Assembly: GCA_002269645.1 (NCBI GenBank)
Contig: NIVC01000719.1
Coordinates: 52,020-116,019, forward strand
DNA: 64,000 nt
From: Macrostomum lignano
Lineage: Eukaryota
Direction of reading: 5' to 3'
In this document: positions 12,801-24,149 of the stretch, piece by piece
Position numbering within the stretch: the stretch's first letter is position 1
How the letters are laid out: each line of letters begins with the position of its first letter
Made by a program: the position numbers and the translations under genes
The notes under the pieces: generated by a model
What the model saw: the letters and a program-made list of their open reading frames with translations, nothing else
What the model was told of the DNA's origin: nothing
The model's database searches: none

Positions 12801-13609
12801 GGCATTACCGAGATCAGAGGGTCATAGCCTCCGGTTATTCTTACACTTATTACTTTAGAAATACTTTGTATTCTCTTACTACTCAATACTGCTACTTCTC
12901 AATAGTATGTACTGTATATGCCTCAGTCTATCTCGCTCTTATGTCTGCAAATGAATAACTTAGAAAACGGCTCCTCTTATATTTATTCGTAACATTCCTT
13001 TCTTTCTATGCTTACTCCTTTCATAGGAACTGCACAAAAGCAAGTTGCTCTCTCTTTGGCCCAGATTGTGTCTATTTATACTAAATTATTCCGTAGTTTT
13101 AAACAAAAATTAATTTGCAAAAATATTTTGGAAAACATGTACATTATAACAAATCGTTTGCTTAGTATTTTGGCACAAATTTAAAAGGATCAAATCGTAA
13201 AAATATAGATCACCCTGCACAACCTACCTCCCCTAAAAAGAAATTTGTGAACAAAGGTGCTATAACTAGTGCTCTGAGTGAACAAATTTCAAAATGCAAC
13301 AAAAGTGTGGAGTGCAAAGTGCAAGAACAGTACAATGCAAAATTTTTAAAGCACTACTAAATGATATATGTAAAACTATTATAACAGAACAAAGCATTAT
13401 TCAATAATAAGCAAACAAATTTTGGTAAAAGTAAAACCTCAAAAAATAATAGCGCTAAATGACAACATATAAAAGCTTGCAGGAAAAACAGCACTAAAGT
13501 TCATAAAGGTTTAAAAATGACATGGATCAGGCAAGTCACAAAAATATGGCCAACCGATTAGTCCGAAAAGCTAGCGCAGCTTGATGTTCAGGAGTCGATG
13601 CTGTACCGC

Positions 13610-14772
13610 TTAAGAGTCGGCTTGCATGATACGCCGCAGCTCCTCAGTGATGTATTGCAGCATGGCCTTGACAGAATCAACCGGAATAAATGCCAAAGCA
13701 GAGAAGCAGCAACATGCTTGGGCGCAACCTAGGGATTCACCCGGCCGTTTCTATTGGCAACACACACATGTAAGTCACTATTGGACGGAATAGTAGTCAC
13801 GTGACTGCTCTCAGCCAATAGCGACTTACATGTGTGTGTTGCCAATAGAAACGGCCGAGTGATTCCCAAGGTTGCGCATGTATGAGCAGCAAAGCCACAC
13901 TGAGAGCATGCCATCCTCAGCCTCAACTTGGCGCTTGAGTCCATTGGTGATGGCATGTCCATATACACTTTGCACAGAAAGTGTGTACAGACATGTACAA
14001 AGTCACATATCCAGCGCTGGGGCTGTAAATTTGGTGCCAAAACTGTGAGCTGCTCGTATAAGCGATTGCAGACTGCTTGAGTCTTTGCTAGTAGCAGTGC
14101 ATAAATTAATGGATGCACAAATCCATGAAGCTCAACATGGATGCTGACCAGTTGTGCAAATAATGGTGGAGAAGTATCAAAAGTGCCATCTGAATAAAAT
14201 TGAGCAGCTGCCTGCAGCGCCAGCAAGTTCTTGTCGCTGCCAAAAATCAAAATTTGCATGTTTCCATGGCTGAAGTTGTCCAGTAGAAATCTTGACCCAT
14301 TGTGTACTCAAAATTCATCAGGAACCACTAAATCGTTCAGATTGATCAGCTGTACAGGTAGTCCTTGGTGCACATAGCGCACATTCTGAACCATTCTCTT
14401 CAGCAAGTTCTGGCTAGGAAAGGCCACACCTGCTGCCTCAGGTAGACTGCTAGCGTGCTCCATGATTATCCTTGCAGTTGGGTCTTGGGTCTGCCTTGCA
14501 TTGGTCTTCATGCCTTGGACGGCCTCCAGGATGCTGAAGCGTGAGCCAACTGCACCATGGTTATGCTGGTTTATCTGCTTGATGACATTTTCACCTTGTA
14601 TATGAACTCTGGCTGAGCAGAATCCAGAACGGCGCTCTTTGCACTGCCATAAACTTATTGAGGTATTGGCTTGGCTTAATTTTTCTATGGTATAGTAGTA
14701 CCCTTGGCATGCTGCTTTATGCTTGCTGTGCGTCGTAACTAAGAACTGGACTGGAGTGCGAGCTTCTGCCAT
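13610..14772 (-). mobile_element. Degenerate Mutator-like (MULE/Phantom-type) transposase with N-terminal FLYWCH domain
   Basis: WQCKERRSGFCSARV...HNH is a FLYWCH/WRKY-like finger. FYSDGTFDTSPPLFAQLVSIH...PLIYALL...CDF is the MULE DDE core. HF.QSVY..GLK and FSALAFIP continue in shifted frames. Contains stops, frameshifts and a MITE insertion. Confidence 0.85.
13713..13884. mobile_element. 172-bp palindromic MITE with 8-bp TSD (hAT-like) inserted in the MULE transposase
   Basis: Near-perfect inverted arms 13722-13800 and 13801-13877 centred on GTCAC|GTGAC. Direct repeat AGCAGCAA at 13705-13712 and 13885-13892. Excision restores VWLCCFSALAFIP. Confidence 0.8.
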
Positions 14773-15649
14773 TTCAATTCAACTCGTTTGCAGTTAATTT
14801 GCAGTTTGCACAGCTAAGAAAACTATAGGATTCAGAGCAGCAGAATCGATTTCATGATTTTCCTCTTGCTCCAACTGTGTATGCTGATCTATATACTAGT
14901 GCAGCATGCTAGAGTGGTAATTCAATGTTTACTAAACTCAGTAAAAACAAAAACAAGCAATCAGTTTTAACAAACGCTGTCTACTCGGGGAATATCAGAA
15001 ACATTTAAGCAGAACCAGACACTAAAAACAAAGGCCCCAAGACATTATATTGTTATTACGAAACACTTAAACAGGGATGGGGAGCAGTTCTTTTTTTGTG
15101 CACTTTGTGCAAGTAAACAATGTACCCTTTATGTACCCTTAGTGCACTTAGACTTTTTACAGAAAAACAGAACTTTTGGAGGAAACACTTAATCAGCAAG
15201 AAAACCAGGCATAAAACAGCATTTAGTCTATCCAATGCAAAATAGAATCCCAATTAGACTCCTTACTAATATATTTCCCTGATTGTTGAAGAACATTCTT
15301 CTTTAAACAAAATTATCAAAAGGGATAGAAAAATACAGCTGATCCATTATGAGTTGCATAACGCCATGCATTAGATTTGAGTTTCTTATAATTTTGAAGT
15401 CTATCTGAGTCGTCTTTTTTATATCTTAAATCATGCTCTGAATGTACTGATGGGTTTTTTACACATTGTGGAACTTTTTGGTTTTGTCGTATGCAATGTT
15501 CCATAAAGAGACAGATAGCCAGACAGGCACTGAATTAAGAAAGAACTTTTAAAAAAGGAAAGCCATTTGCAGAGACGCAATTTTCTTTGATAAATTTGAC
15601 ATAGGCAGACAGACAGATAGGCAGGCAGACAAACAGGCAATGATGAGAA

Positions 15650-15990
15650 ATTTCTTGCGGGAAAATCTTTCTGCTGGAAAAAGTCTATGCTAGGAAAATT
15701 TGTGCAAGAAAATCTTGGCAATAAAAGCTCGGCAGGAAAATCTCAATAAGGAAATTTCTTGTGGGAAACTCTTGCTGCGGTAAAAACTCCCTGTGGGAAA
15801 ATCTCATGCAGGGAAAGCTCCTGCGGCAAATTTTTGTTGCGGGAAAAACTTTCTGCGGGAAAATCTCGTGCAGGGAAAGCTCCTGCAACAAATTTTCGAC
15901 ACGGGAAAAACTTGCTGCGGGAAAATCTTGTATAGGAAAAACTTGTGCAGGGAAAGCTCAGCGGGAAAAATTCCTAGGAGAAATTCTCGT
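15650..15990. repeat. Degenerate ~19-20 bp tandem units (GGGAAAAnTT..TGC), possibly subterminal repeats of the MULE
   Basis: Recurring GGGAAAA/GGAAAA core about every 20 bp, lying upstream of the minus-strand transposase. Confidence 0.55.
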
Positions 15991-17313
15991 GCTCCTGATA
16001 TAGTTTTAGTATATTATATATAGTATTATGAAAGTTATAAAATATAAATAATAACTATAAGTTTCTATTCAAAAAAGTAGCATAGCATATCTTAGAATGT
16101 ATTTTCAAAGGATAAATCTATATACTATTTCTATGCCCTAATAAATTTGAACTAAAAATTAGGAAAATTCAAATAAAATTAACAAATATTAATGTTTTAT
16201 AAATAATTTAACAATAAAGTTGCTATAGATCTCAATATGCTCAATGATTATTATGTCAAGTATATTAGAGACCCCTTATATACAATATATTAGATTTTTT
16301 GTACCAAATGCTATGGATGATTAGTAAAGAATAAGTTAAGAGGCATAGAATATATTGATTATATGACCTACTATATTATTATTTAGTATATTGTGATTAA
16401 TATATCTTTTTAACAAAAATAACATTGAACTAAATTTTTAATCAAAGTGCTTTTGATGCAAATCAATCACTTTTTAAAAGATACAAGTAAGTTATATATT
16501 ATATTCTAGGCTTAGAAGCTCTTTCAATAAGTATTATCAATAGCATTTAGAAAACATGAATTTTTAATTTTAATTACTTGAGCTCTACCTAGTTATAAGT
16601 CTTTTGGCTAGCTAGATAAAATGAGTTGTTTCTAGATATAGTAAATTTTAGAAAAAAGAAGCTCAACCAAGTTTCTTCAAATTTACACTGATCATAATAA
16701 TAGCATAAAAAGATTATTCTTCTATATAATTATTTTTTGGTTCAATTTGCTTTATATAACATTCTTAAAAATTAGTCAATGTTGTCCATGGCTATTAGAA
16801 TTATAATTACTTTTAGTTGAGTGCTTTGACTTATATAAGACATCAAGAAATAATTTAGCCTATAATATATTTAAGGACTTATTTCATTATTTCAAATTTT
16901 ATTAAAAATAAAATGGTATTACAGAGTAATAGAATTATTATAGACTTGATAAACTGGCTTTTGCTTTAAAATAAAATTGAGCGTGGAGTATATTGTTAAG
17001 TCTATCAGATTATAGTTTAGCTTTTTATGATTATATATAATTACTTTATAATGCTTTGTAGACCTAAGTGGTAATTTTAATTGGGTTTTTAACCTATTTT
17101 TTTATTAGTGCCATAGCATACTTTTTATGAGATGTAATTTGTAGAGTAAATTATTATTGCTAAGTAAATATTTATGTTTAAAAGTAAAGTCTAACCAAGC
17201 AAGTATTTCACTTCTTTTGTTTTTTTATTTTGAAACTGTATAATAAATCAAATCAAGGGGTGTCCTAAAAGTTGCACAGTGTCAGTGAGATAGTCCAAAA
17301 CCAATCAAAGATA

Positions 17314-17622
17314 AAACCACCCATACAATCGCCCATAAACCACCCATACAATCGCCCATAAACCACCCATACAATCGCCCATACTCGTAAACCACCCATA
17401 CAGTCACCCATAAACCACCCATACAATCGCCCATAAACCACCCATACAATCGCCCATAAACCATCCATACAATCGCCCATAAACCACCCATACAATCGCC
17501 CATAAACCACCCATACAATCGCCCATAAACCACCCATACAGTCACCCATAAACCACCCATACAATCGCCCATAAACCACCCATACAATCGCCCATAAACC
17601 ACCCAAACAATCGCCCATAAAC
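17314..17622. repeat. 24-bp minisatellite (CCCATACAATCG CCCATAAACCAC), two related 12-mers
   Basis: Directly visible tandem units. Confidence 0.95.
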
Positions 17623-17794
17623 TGATAAACCACTCTAGAATCACAATAAAGCACAGCAAAAGTTTGGCGTACTATTTGATACTTGAAGAAACTTAAAGCA
17701 AAAAACTCGAATCGATTCGTGTACTTGTTCGGACTATAAAAGTACATATAGCATCTTTTCTAAGTACTCGTTTTTGATTGGCCTTAAAGCCTTT

Positions 17795-19699
17795 ATGAAA
17801 TGTCACGAATTATTTGCAGCGACAGACGATGCCATGAACAACTGCTCGAATATTCTCGGTCGATTAAGAGGCGAACCAAGTCAGCCTGACAGGCGCAATG
17901 CTGACCCGAACCGGCCAACTATTCCAGATCTCTACATTCAATCTCCGGTGTTGCACCGATCCCGGAGCGCTGCAGACCCCCAGCCTATCCATCGCAGCTT
18001 GCCTCATCGCCAAAACTCTCCATCGTCGCCATCGATTCCTTCATCTAGCGAGGCTCAGAGTTCCTATACCGCTTACGCTAAAACTGTCTGGGGTCCTCTA
18101 TCCAGTAGTAAACGGCCTAGACACGAGGCGGCGGATAGAGAATCTCGAGATAGTTGTTCTCGCGCAACATTAATTGGCGCTGCGTCGTCAAGGACGCGCG
18201 ATTCTATTAGAGAGTCGCACGATTTACCGTCAGCTTCTGTCAACTCTGACAGATCGTACAGTAGCGACTTTACTGGCATGGAGTCTTCTAGGTTGCATGA
18301 AGTAGATGAAGTGAATAGAAGTCGGTCGCCTGTTGAGAGGCAATCTGATGCTGATGCTTATGAATTGCAGCACCCACGGCTACAAAGACTGTCTACTGAC
18401 GCTCATGTTGGCAGGCCACATAAGGCCTCGTCTGACAATGATCATAGAAGGCTACAAAGACTGTCAGCTGATACTCATGCTAACAGGCCACATGGGGCTT
18501 CGCCTGGCAATGACCATACAAAGCTACAAAGACTGTCAGCTGACGCTCATGACCCTAGAAGGCTACAAAGACTGTCAGCTGATGTTCATGGCCATAGAAA
18601 GCTACAAAGACTGTCAGCTGACGCTCATGACCATAGAAGACTACAAAGACTGTCAGCTGATGCTCATGACCCTAGAAGTCTACAAAGACTGTCAGCTGAC
18701 GCTCATGACCCTAGAAGACTACAAAGACTGTCAGCTGATGCTCATGACCCTAGAAGGCTACAAAGACTGTCAGCTGATGCTCATGACCCTAGAAGGCTAC
18801 AAAGACTGTCAGCTGATGCTCATGACCCTAGAAGGCTACAAAGACTGTCAGCTGATGCTCATGACCCTAGAAAGCTACAAAGATTGTCAGCTGATGCTTA
18901 TGTCGGCAGACCACATGGGGCCTCGCCTGACAACGGCCATAGAAGGCTACAAAGACAGTCAGCAAGCCCTGAAGCCAGATCACGTTTTAAAGCAGCCGCA
19001 AACGAGTTCAAAGTTCCAGACGCAAGTCAGCTTAGGCATGAACACGGGGCTTATCAACCGGAAGCTAAGCTAAGCAGGCACAATATGAGAGCTGGAACCA
19101 GTGCACAGATTAGTACAAATGAGCGTCGGCATTCGAATATTGCTACTACCGCCGCCGCCGCTGCGGCCGCCTTCAACGAGCCCCGTCCGCCGCGCAAGGT
19201 GCAATTCCACGAAACTGTGGTTCATTACCGCGACAGACAATTGTTAAAATCGCCAGCTAATAATTTAAATCAGACTAAACAGCCAAAGAGTCCATCTGTC
19301 GCTTGCGAAGGCGGCAATATGCTGGGACCTTCAAAGATTTTGCTGCTACCTAGCGGTCACCTGCGCTATGATGGAGCAAAAGAGCCATCCCTGGAGGCTG
19401 ATGCATCCAAGCCGGTGTCCGCTCCGAAATCCGATTGGCGCAGAGCCCTACCGCCGCCTACCGTTGTTGCGGCCAGCTGGAGTTGCCCCGGCGATCACAA
19501 CGGCCCGCTGCTATTGCGCCTAGACCGACCAGATTGCCGGCCTAATAATTTCGTAGAATTATTTCCGCCTTTTTTAGACGCGATGGCGTCTCAGTCGCCT
19601 GGACGAGCTGAGAATGAGATCGAGCTGACTGCAAATCGCCAGTCCGCCGCAACGGTGTCTCGCGATCTGTTGCCATTTCGGCGGAAAAGCCATCGCTAG
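17795..19699 (+). CDS. Uncharacterised, largely disordered ~620-630 aa protein with an in-frame 13/24-aa tandem repeat (RRLQRLSADAHDP) and an RVxF-like motif
   Basis: 1.9-kb open frame with GC-rich, coding-like flanks on both sides of the repeat. Possible acceptor TTTGCAG at 17813-17819 before ATG 17834 (an alternative ATG lies at 17795). AATAAA at ~19843. No recognisable domain. Confidence 0.65.
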   Translation: MKCHELFAATDDAMNNCSNILGRLRGEPSQPDRRNADPNRPTIPDLYIQSPVLHRSRSAADPQPIHRSLPHRQNSPSSPSIPSSSEAQSSYTAYAKTVWGPLSSSKRPRHEAADRESRDSCSRATLIGAASSRTRDSIRESHDLPSASVNSDRSYSSDFTGMESSRLHEVDEVNRSRSPVERQSDADAYELQHPRLQRLSTDAHVGRPHKASSDNDHRRLQRLSADTHANRPHGASPGNDHTKLQRLSADAHDPRRLQRLSADVHGHRKLQRLSADAHDHRRLQRLSADAHDPRSLQRLSADAHDPRRLQRLSADAHDPRRLQRLSADAHDPRRLQRLSADAHDPRRLQRLSADAHDPRKLQRLSADAYVGRPHGASPDNGHRRLQRQSASPEARSRFKAAANEFKVPDASQLRHEHGAYQPEAKLSRHNMRAGTSAQISTNERRHSNIATTAAAAAAAFNEPRPPRKVQFHETVVHYRDRQLLKSPANNLNQTKQPKSPSVACEGGNMLGPSKILLLPSGHLRYDGAKEPSLEADASKPVSAPKSDWRRALPPPTVVAASWSCPGDHNGPLLLRLDRPDCRPNNFVELFPPFLDAMASQSPGRAENEIELTANRQSAATVSRDLLPFRRKSHR

Positions 19700-20374
19700 T
19701 TTTGTTTATTCTAATAGATGCGTTTATACAAGCTATAATATGATCTGCATTGACTTCTTTTCAAACTCACTTTTTCTTATTCTATTTGTTTTGCTCAGCG
19801 TTTTTCAATTCCAAGTGTTTCGGCTTCCAGACTTGATGTAGAAATAAAATATGTTTTGGTCATTTTTTGCAGCTATTTTTCTGCATTTTGTTTACTGACA
19901 GTAGATTGTGTGGTTTTATTGATTTGTTTTAAAGTTTAACGTTATTTTAAAAAAATTATTTATTAGGTGAGGTAGGGCTCATAAAATCAAGACCTTGGAC
20001 TTACAACGTTGAGTTATGAAATATAGACCCTATCGATTGAATGTTAAAGTATATTTATGCCTGCCTGATCTCAGACATTTCACATTATAGTTTTACACAA
20101 CTCGAAACTTCCTAGTAAGTTCGAAATGTCTCATAAGTTCGAAATGTCTCATTAGTTAGAAACTTCTTAACCTTCGAATTTCAAAATCTGGGAGCTTCTC
20201 TTAATAAGCTCAAATTTTCGCATAGATTTAAATTCTTGCCAAGCATCACTTTTAATATTCCAAAAAGTTAAAGATAGGTCTACTGATAGTAATATCGCTC
20301 AGAGTAGATTAGCAATGTTTGTACATTTGTAAAAAGGAATTGCTCAATTAATATTAATGCATGTCGCCCTAACA

Positions 20375-23300
20375 ATGGGAAAGAAAGTGAAGACAGGAAA
20401 GTCTCGCCGAGACAAATTCTACCACCTGGCCAAGGAGTCCGGCTATCGGTCTCGAGCCGCATTTAAACTGCTCCAATTGAACAGGAAATTCGCTTTCCTA
20501 CAGCAGAGCCGAGTTGTTATTGATTTGTGCGCTGCTCCGGGCGGTTGGCTGCAGGTTGTACGCGAATGCGCCCCAGTCTCTGGCCTGGTTATTGGAGTCG
20601 ATCTGGTCCCAATTAGGCCGGTGCCGAATGTTAAGACTCTGGTTGCGGATATTACCACCTCCGAGTGTCGGGCCCTCTTGCGCAAGGAGCTGCAGCATCT
20701 CAAAGCCGACTGCGTCTTGCACGACGGCGCCCCGAATGTCGGCACTGATTGGGGCTACGATGAGTTTGCTCAGGCCAGCCTGTGCCATCAGGCGCTGCTG
20801 TTAGCCACTGATTTCCTTCGCCGCGGCGGCACCTTTGTTACTAAAGTGTTCCGTTCGGCCGATTATGAGAAGCTGAAATTTGTTCTGCTACAATTGTTCA
20901 AAGGCGTCCGAGCTGCCAAGCCGGAGGCTAGCAGGTTAGAGTCGGCCGAGATCTACTTGATCTGTCAGGGTTATAAAGCTCCCGATCAATTAGATCCGGC
21001 GTTTCGCGACATTACCAAGGTATTCGGTGACGTTGCTGTGCCGGCTAAACCGGCCGTGTTAAGCCGGACATTCGGCCCGGTTAAGAAGCAGAAAGCGCAG
21101 GGCTATACGGAGCTGGATGGGAAACTTGTCGACTTGCCAGTGTCCCGGTTTCTGAGCAGCGAAGAGCCGCTGCAGCTGCTGGCTTCGTGCGGTCGGGTTG
21201 TGTTCGATCTGCCGGAGGTTGAGCAGATGGCCTCGCCTGAGCTGATTGCCTGCTGCAAGTGAGAGCTGTTTTGCTTTTTTCACTTTTGATTTCTTGCTTA
21301 GATATATGAATTTTCAAGTAGTCATTTTCTACAATACTGAAATATCCTATATGTCATTCTGTGCAGCTGAAATCCCTAAAATCCCTGTGTGAAACTGAAA
21401 TCCCTAAAATCCCATTTTGTGAAACTGAAATCCCTAAAATCCCATTCTGTGAAACTGAAATCCCTAAAACCCCATTCTGTGTAACTGAAATTCCTAAAAT
21501 TCCCATTCTGTGACACTGAAATCCCTAAAATTCTCGTTCTGTGAAAGTGAAATTCCTAAAATTCCCATTCTGTGTAACTGAAATTCCTAAAATCCCATTG
21601 TGTGAAAGTGAAATCCCTAAATATCCCATTCTGTAAAACTGAAATCTCTAAAATTCCCATTCTGTGATACTGAACTCCCTAAAATTCCCATTCTGTAAAA
21701 CTGAAATCTCTAAAATTCCCATTCTGTGAAAGTGAAATCCCTAAAATCCCATTCTGTGTAACTGAAATTCCTAAAATCCCATTCTGTGTAACTGAAATTC
21801 CTAAAATCCCATTCCCTGAAAGTGAAATCCCCATCTGTGAAAGTGAAATCCCAAAAATTCCCATTCTGTAAAACTGAAATCTTTAAAATTCCCATTCTGT
21901 AAAACTGAAATCCCTAATATTCCCATTCTGTGACACTGAAATCCCTAAAATTCCCATTCTGTGATACTGAACTCCCTAAAATTCCCATTCTGTGAAAGTG
22001 AAATCCCTAATATTCCCATTCTGTGACACTGAAATCCCTAAAATTCCCATTCTGTGATACTGAACTCCCTAAAATTCCCATTCTGTAAAACTGAAATCTC
22101 TAAAATTCCCATTCTGTGAAAGTGAAATCCCTAAAATTCCCATTCTGTGAAAGTGAAATCCCTAAAATTCCCATTCCGTGAAACTGATACTCTGCCTCTC
22201 CCACAGAGACATCAAGGTTCTTGGCAAAGCGGAAGTCGCCGCTTTGCTTCAATGGCGCCGACGACTTCTTGAACGACTTCGCCGATCCGAGGAGCAGCTG
22301 GCTGCTGCCAAGCCTGCTGCAACCGCCGCCGCTGGAGCAGCAGCTGCCACGCCAGACGATGTGACAATCGCTGAGGCGGCCGAGGACGCAGAGATGCAGA
22401 AAGTTGACCAGCTGGTGTCCAAAGTGGCCAGAGAGGAGCAGCTGAGCGCTAAGAAGAAGGCTAAGAAAACTCGCGAAGCAAAGAAACGCTTAGTTAAGCG
22501 AATCCAATTGAGCATGGTGCACCAGGGTGACACTATTGAGCAGTCTGATGATGTTGATTTATTCAGCTTAGCTCGGGTTCGCCGCCTGCTAGACACCGAA
22601 GCTCCAGCGCCCGACGTTGTCGACGAAGCCGAGGCTGTGGATCCCACCGCTGCCAGCAGCAAGAACTCGCGACTCCGCTATCACAGTCGCGATGCTGGCG
22701 CCAATATCGAAGATTCTGCGGCTTTAGTTGAACCGCGCACAAAACGGCCGCGACTACCAGCCGCCACCAGTCGAGTCGGCGACGATGCCGACGATCCCGA
22801 CAGCTTGGACGACGACGACGACGAAGAAGAAAATGGATCGTCATCTAACGATGACGAGTCAGATCATTCCGTTGAAGATGCTGATGATGATTGCGATGCG
22901 CAGAATCCTCTTTTAACTGATCTGGAAGATCCGGCTGTTAGGCGGAAACGCCGAGCTGACAGCTGGTTTGCGCAGCCGGCATTCGCCGAACTGGAAGCCC
23001 CGACGCAGTCCAAGGCCAATGGTGATGAACAAAATGAGAGGCCTCTGTTTGAAAAGCGCTGGTCAGATGATGAAGACGATGATGGAGCGTTGCCAGCAGC
23101 TTCTGGCAAGGATGTCAGCAACGCTTCGGATAGCGAGTCTGACATCGACAAACAGCCGGAGAAGCAGCAAGTCAAGAGTAAAAAGCAGAGAAAACGAGAG
23201 CAGCGTGAGCAGCAGCTCACCACGCCTGAGGAGCTGGCCATCGCCACTCGCATCGCCACTTCGCGCCGTCAACGCCGAGAGATAGTGGAGAGCGGCTTCC

Positions 23301-23800
23301 ATCGGTTCATGTTCAACGACGACAATCTGCCAGCCTGGTTCGTAGCCGACGAGAAGCGTCATATGCGGCCGTCCGGTATCCGTCTGCCAAAATCGGAGCT
23401 GGATCCGCACGCGAAACGACTACGCGGCGTCAATGTTCGAACAGTAAAGAAAGTAGTTGAAGCCAAGGCTAGAAAGAAAATGAAAGCGGCCAGACGCTTA
23501 GAAAAGGTGCGCAAACGAGCTGAGTCGGTACTTGAGCAGGAGGGTGTCGTTGACGCCGAGAAGACCATGCAAGTTCGTCAGCTGTACAAGCGGTCTGGCG
23601 TGCTGGCGCGCAAGAAGCGGCCAGTTGTGTACGCTGTTAGCAAGCGTAGCGGCGCAGTGTCGCGCAAGCAGGCCGCTGGCAAAGGCTCGATTGTTAAGCG
23701 AGTTGATCCGCGTTTAAAAAAGGACAAACGTTCGGCTGGCGCCAAGGGCAAATCGCGTGGAAAGAAGAATAGCAACAATAATAAGCAGAGGAAGCGTTGA
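20375..23800 (+). CDS. FTSJ3: pre-rRNA 2'-O-ribose methyltransferase FTSJ3/Spb1; exons 20375-21258 and 22207-23800
   Basis: MGKKVKTGKSRRDKFYHLAKESGYRSRAAFKL, DLCAAPGGW, DGAPNVG and EASRLESAEIY. Splicing AA|GTGAG...CCCACAG|A gives CCKDIKVLG, 825 aa, with the Spb1-type C-terminus (KKVVEAKARKK, KRVDPRLKKD). Confidence 0.96.
21365..22185. repeat. 30-31 bp minisatellite filling the FTSJ3 intron (GTGAAACTGAAATCCCTAAAATCCCATTCT)
   Basis: Tandem units run to within ~20 nt of the acceptor. Confidence 0.96.
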
Positions 23801-24149
23801 TGACATTAATTTGTTGCTAAATAGCGTACGATTGCATTTCTCCTGGTCGGTTAATAACTTATGCTCCTTGATTCAATTTTAATATCTGTTGCTCCCTTGT
23901 TCAACAGTTGGAGAGGCCAGTTAAACAATATGCCTAATAAATAAGGATGACCAAAAGTTTGATGGAGTTAATTCCGTACTGGCTTAATGTCAGCTTTGCC
24001 TATTAGTTAACATTAGAGGATTTGTGAAGTAAGAACTGCAACACTTTTATTTCTTATTTGAATCTTTTCAGTCTACACTGCTAGTGTATTGATTTAGTTT
24101 TTATAGGTTGGTAGGGCCTATAAAAGAAGTTTTAGTGCGCTGACTCGCG

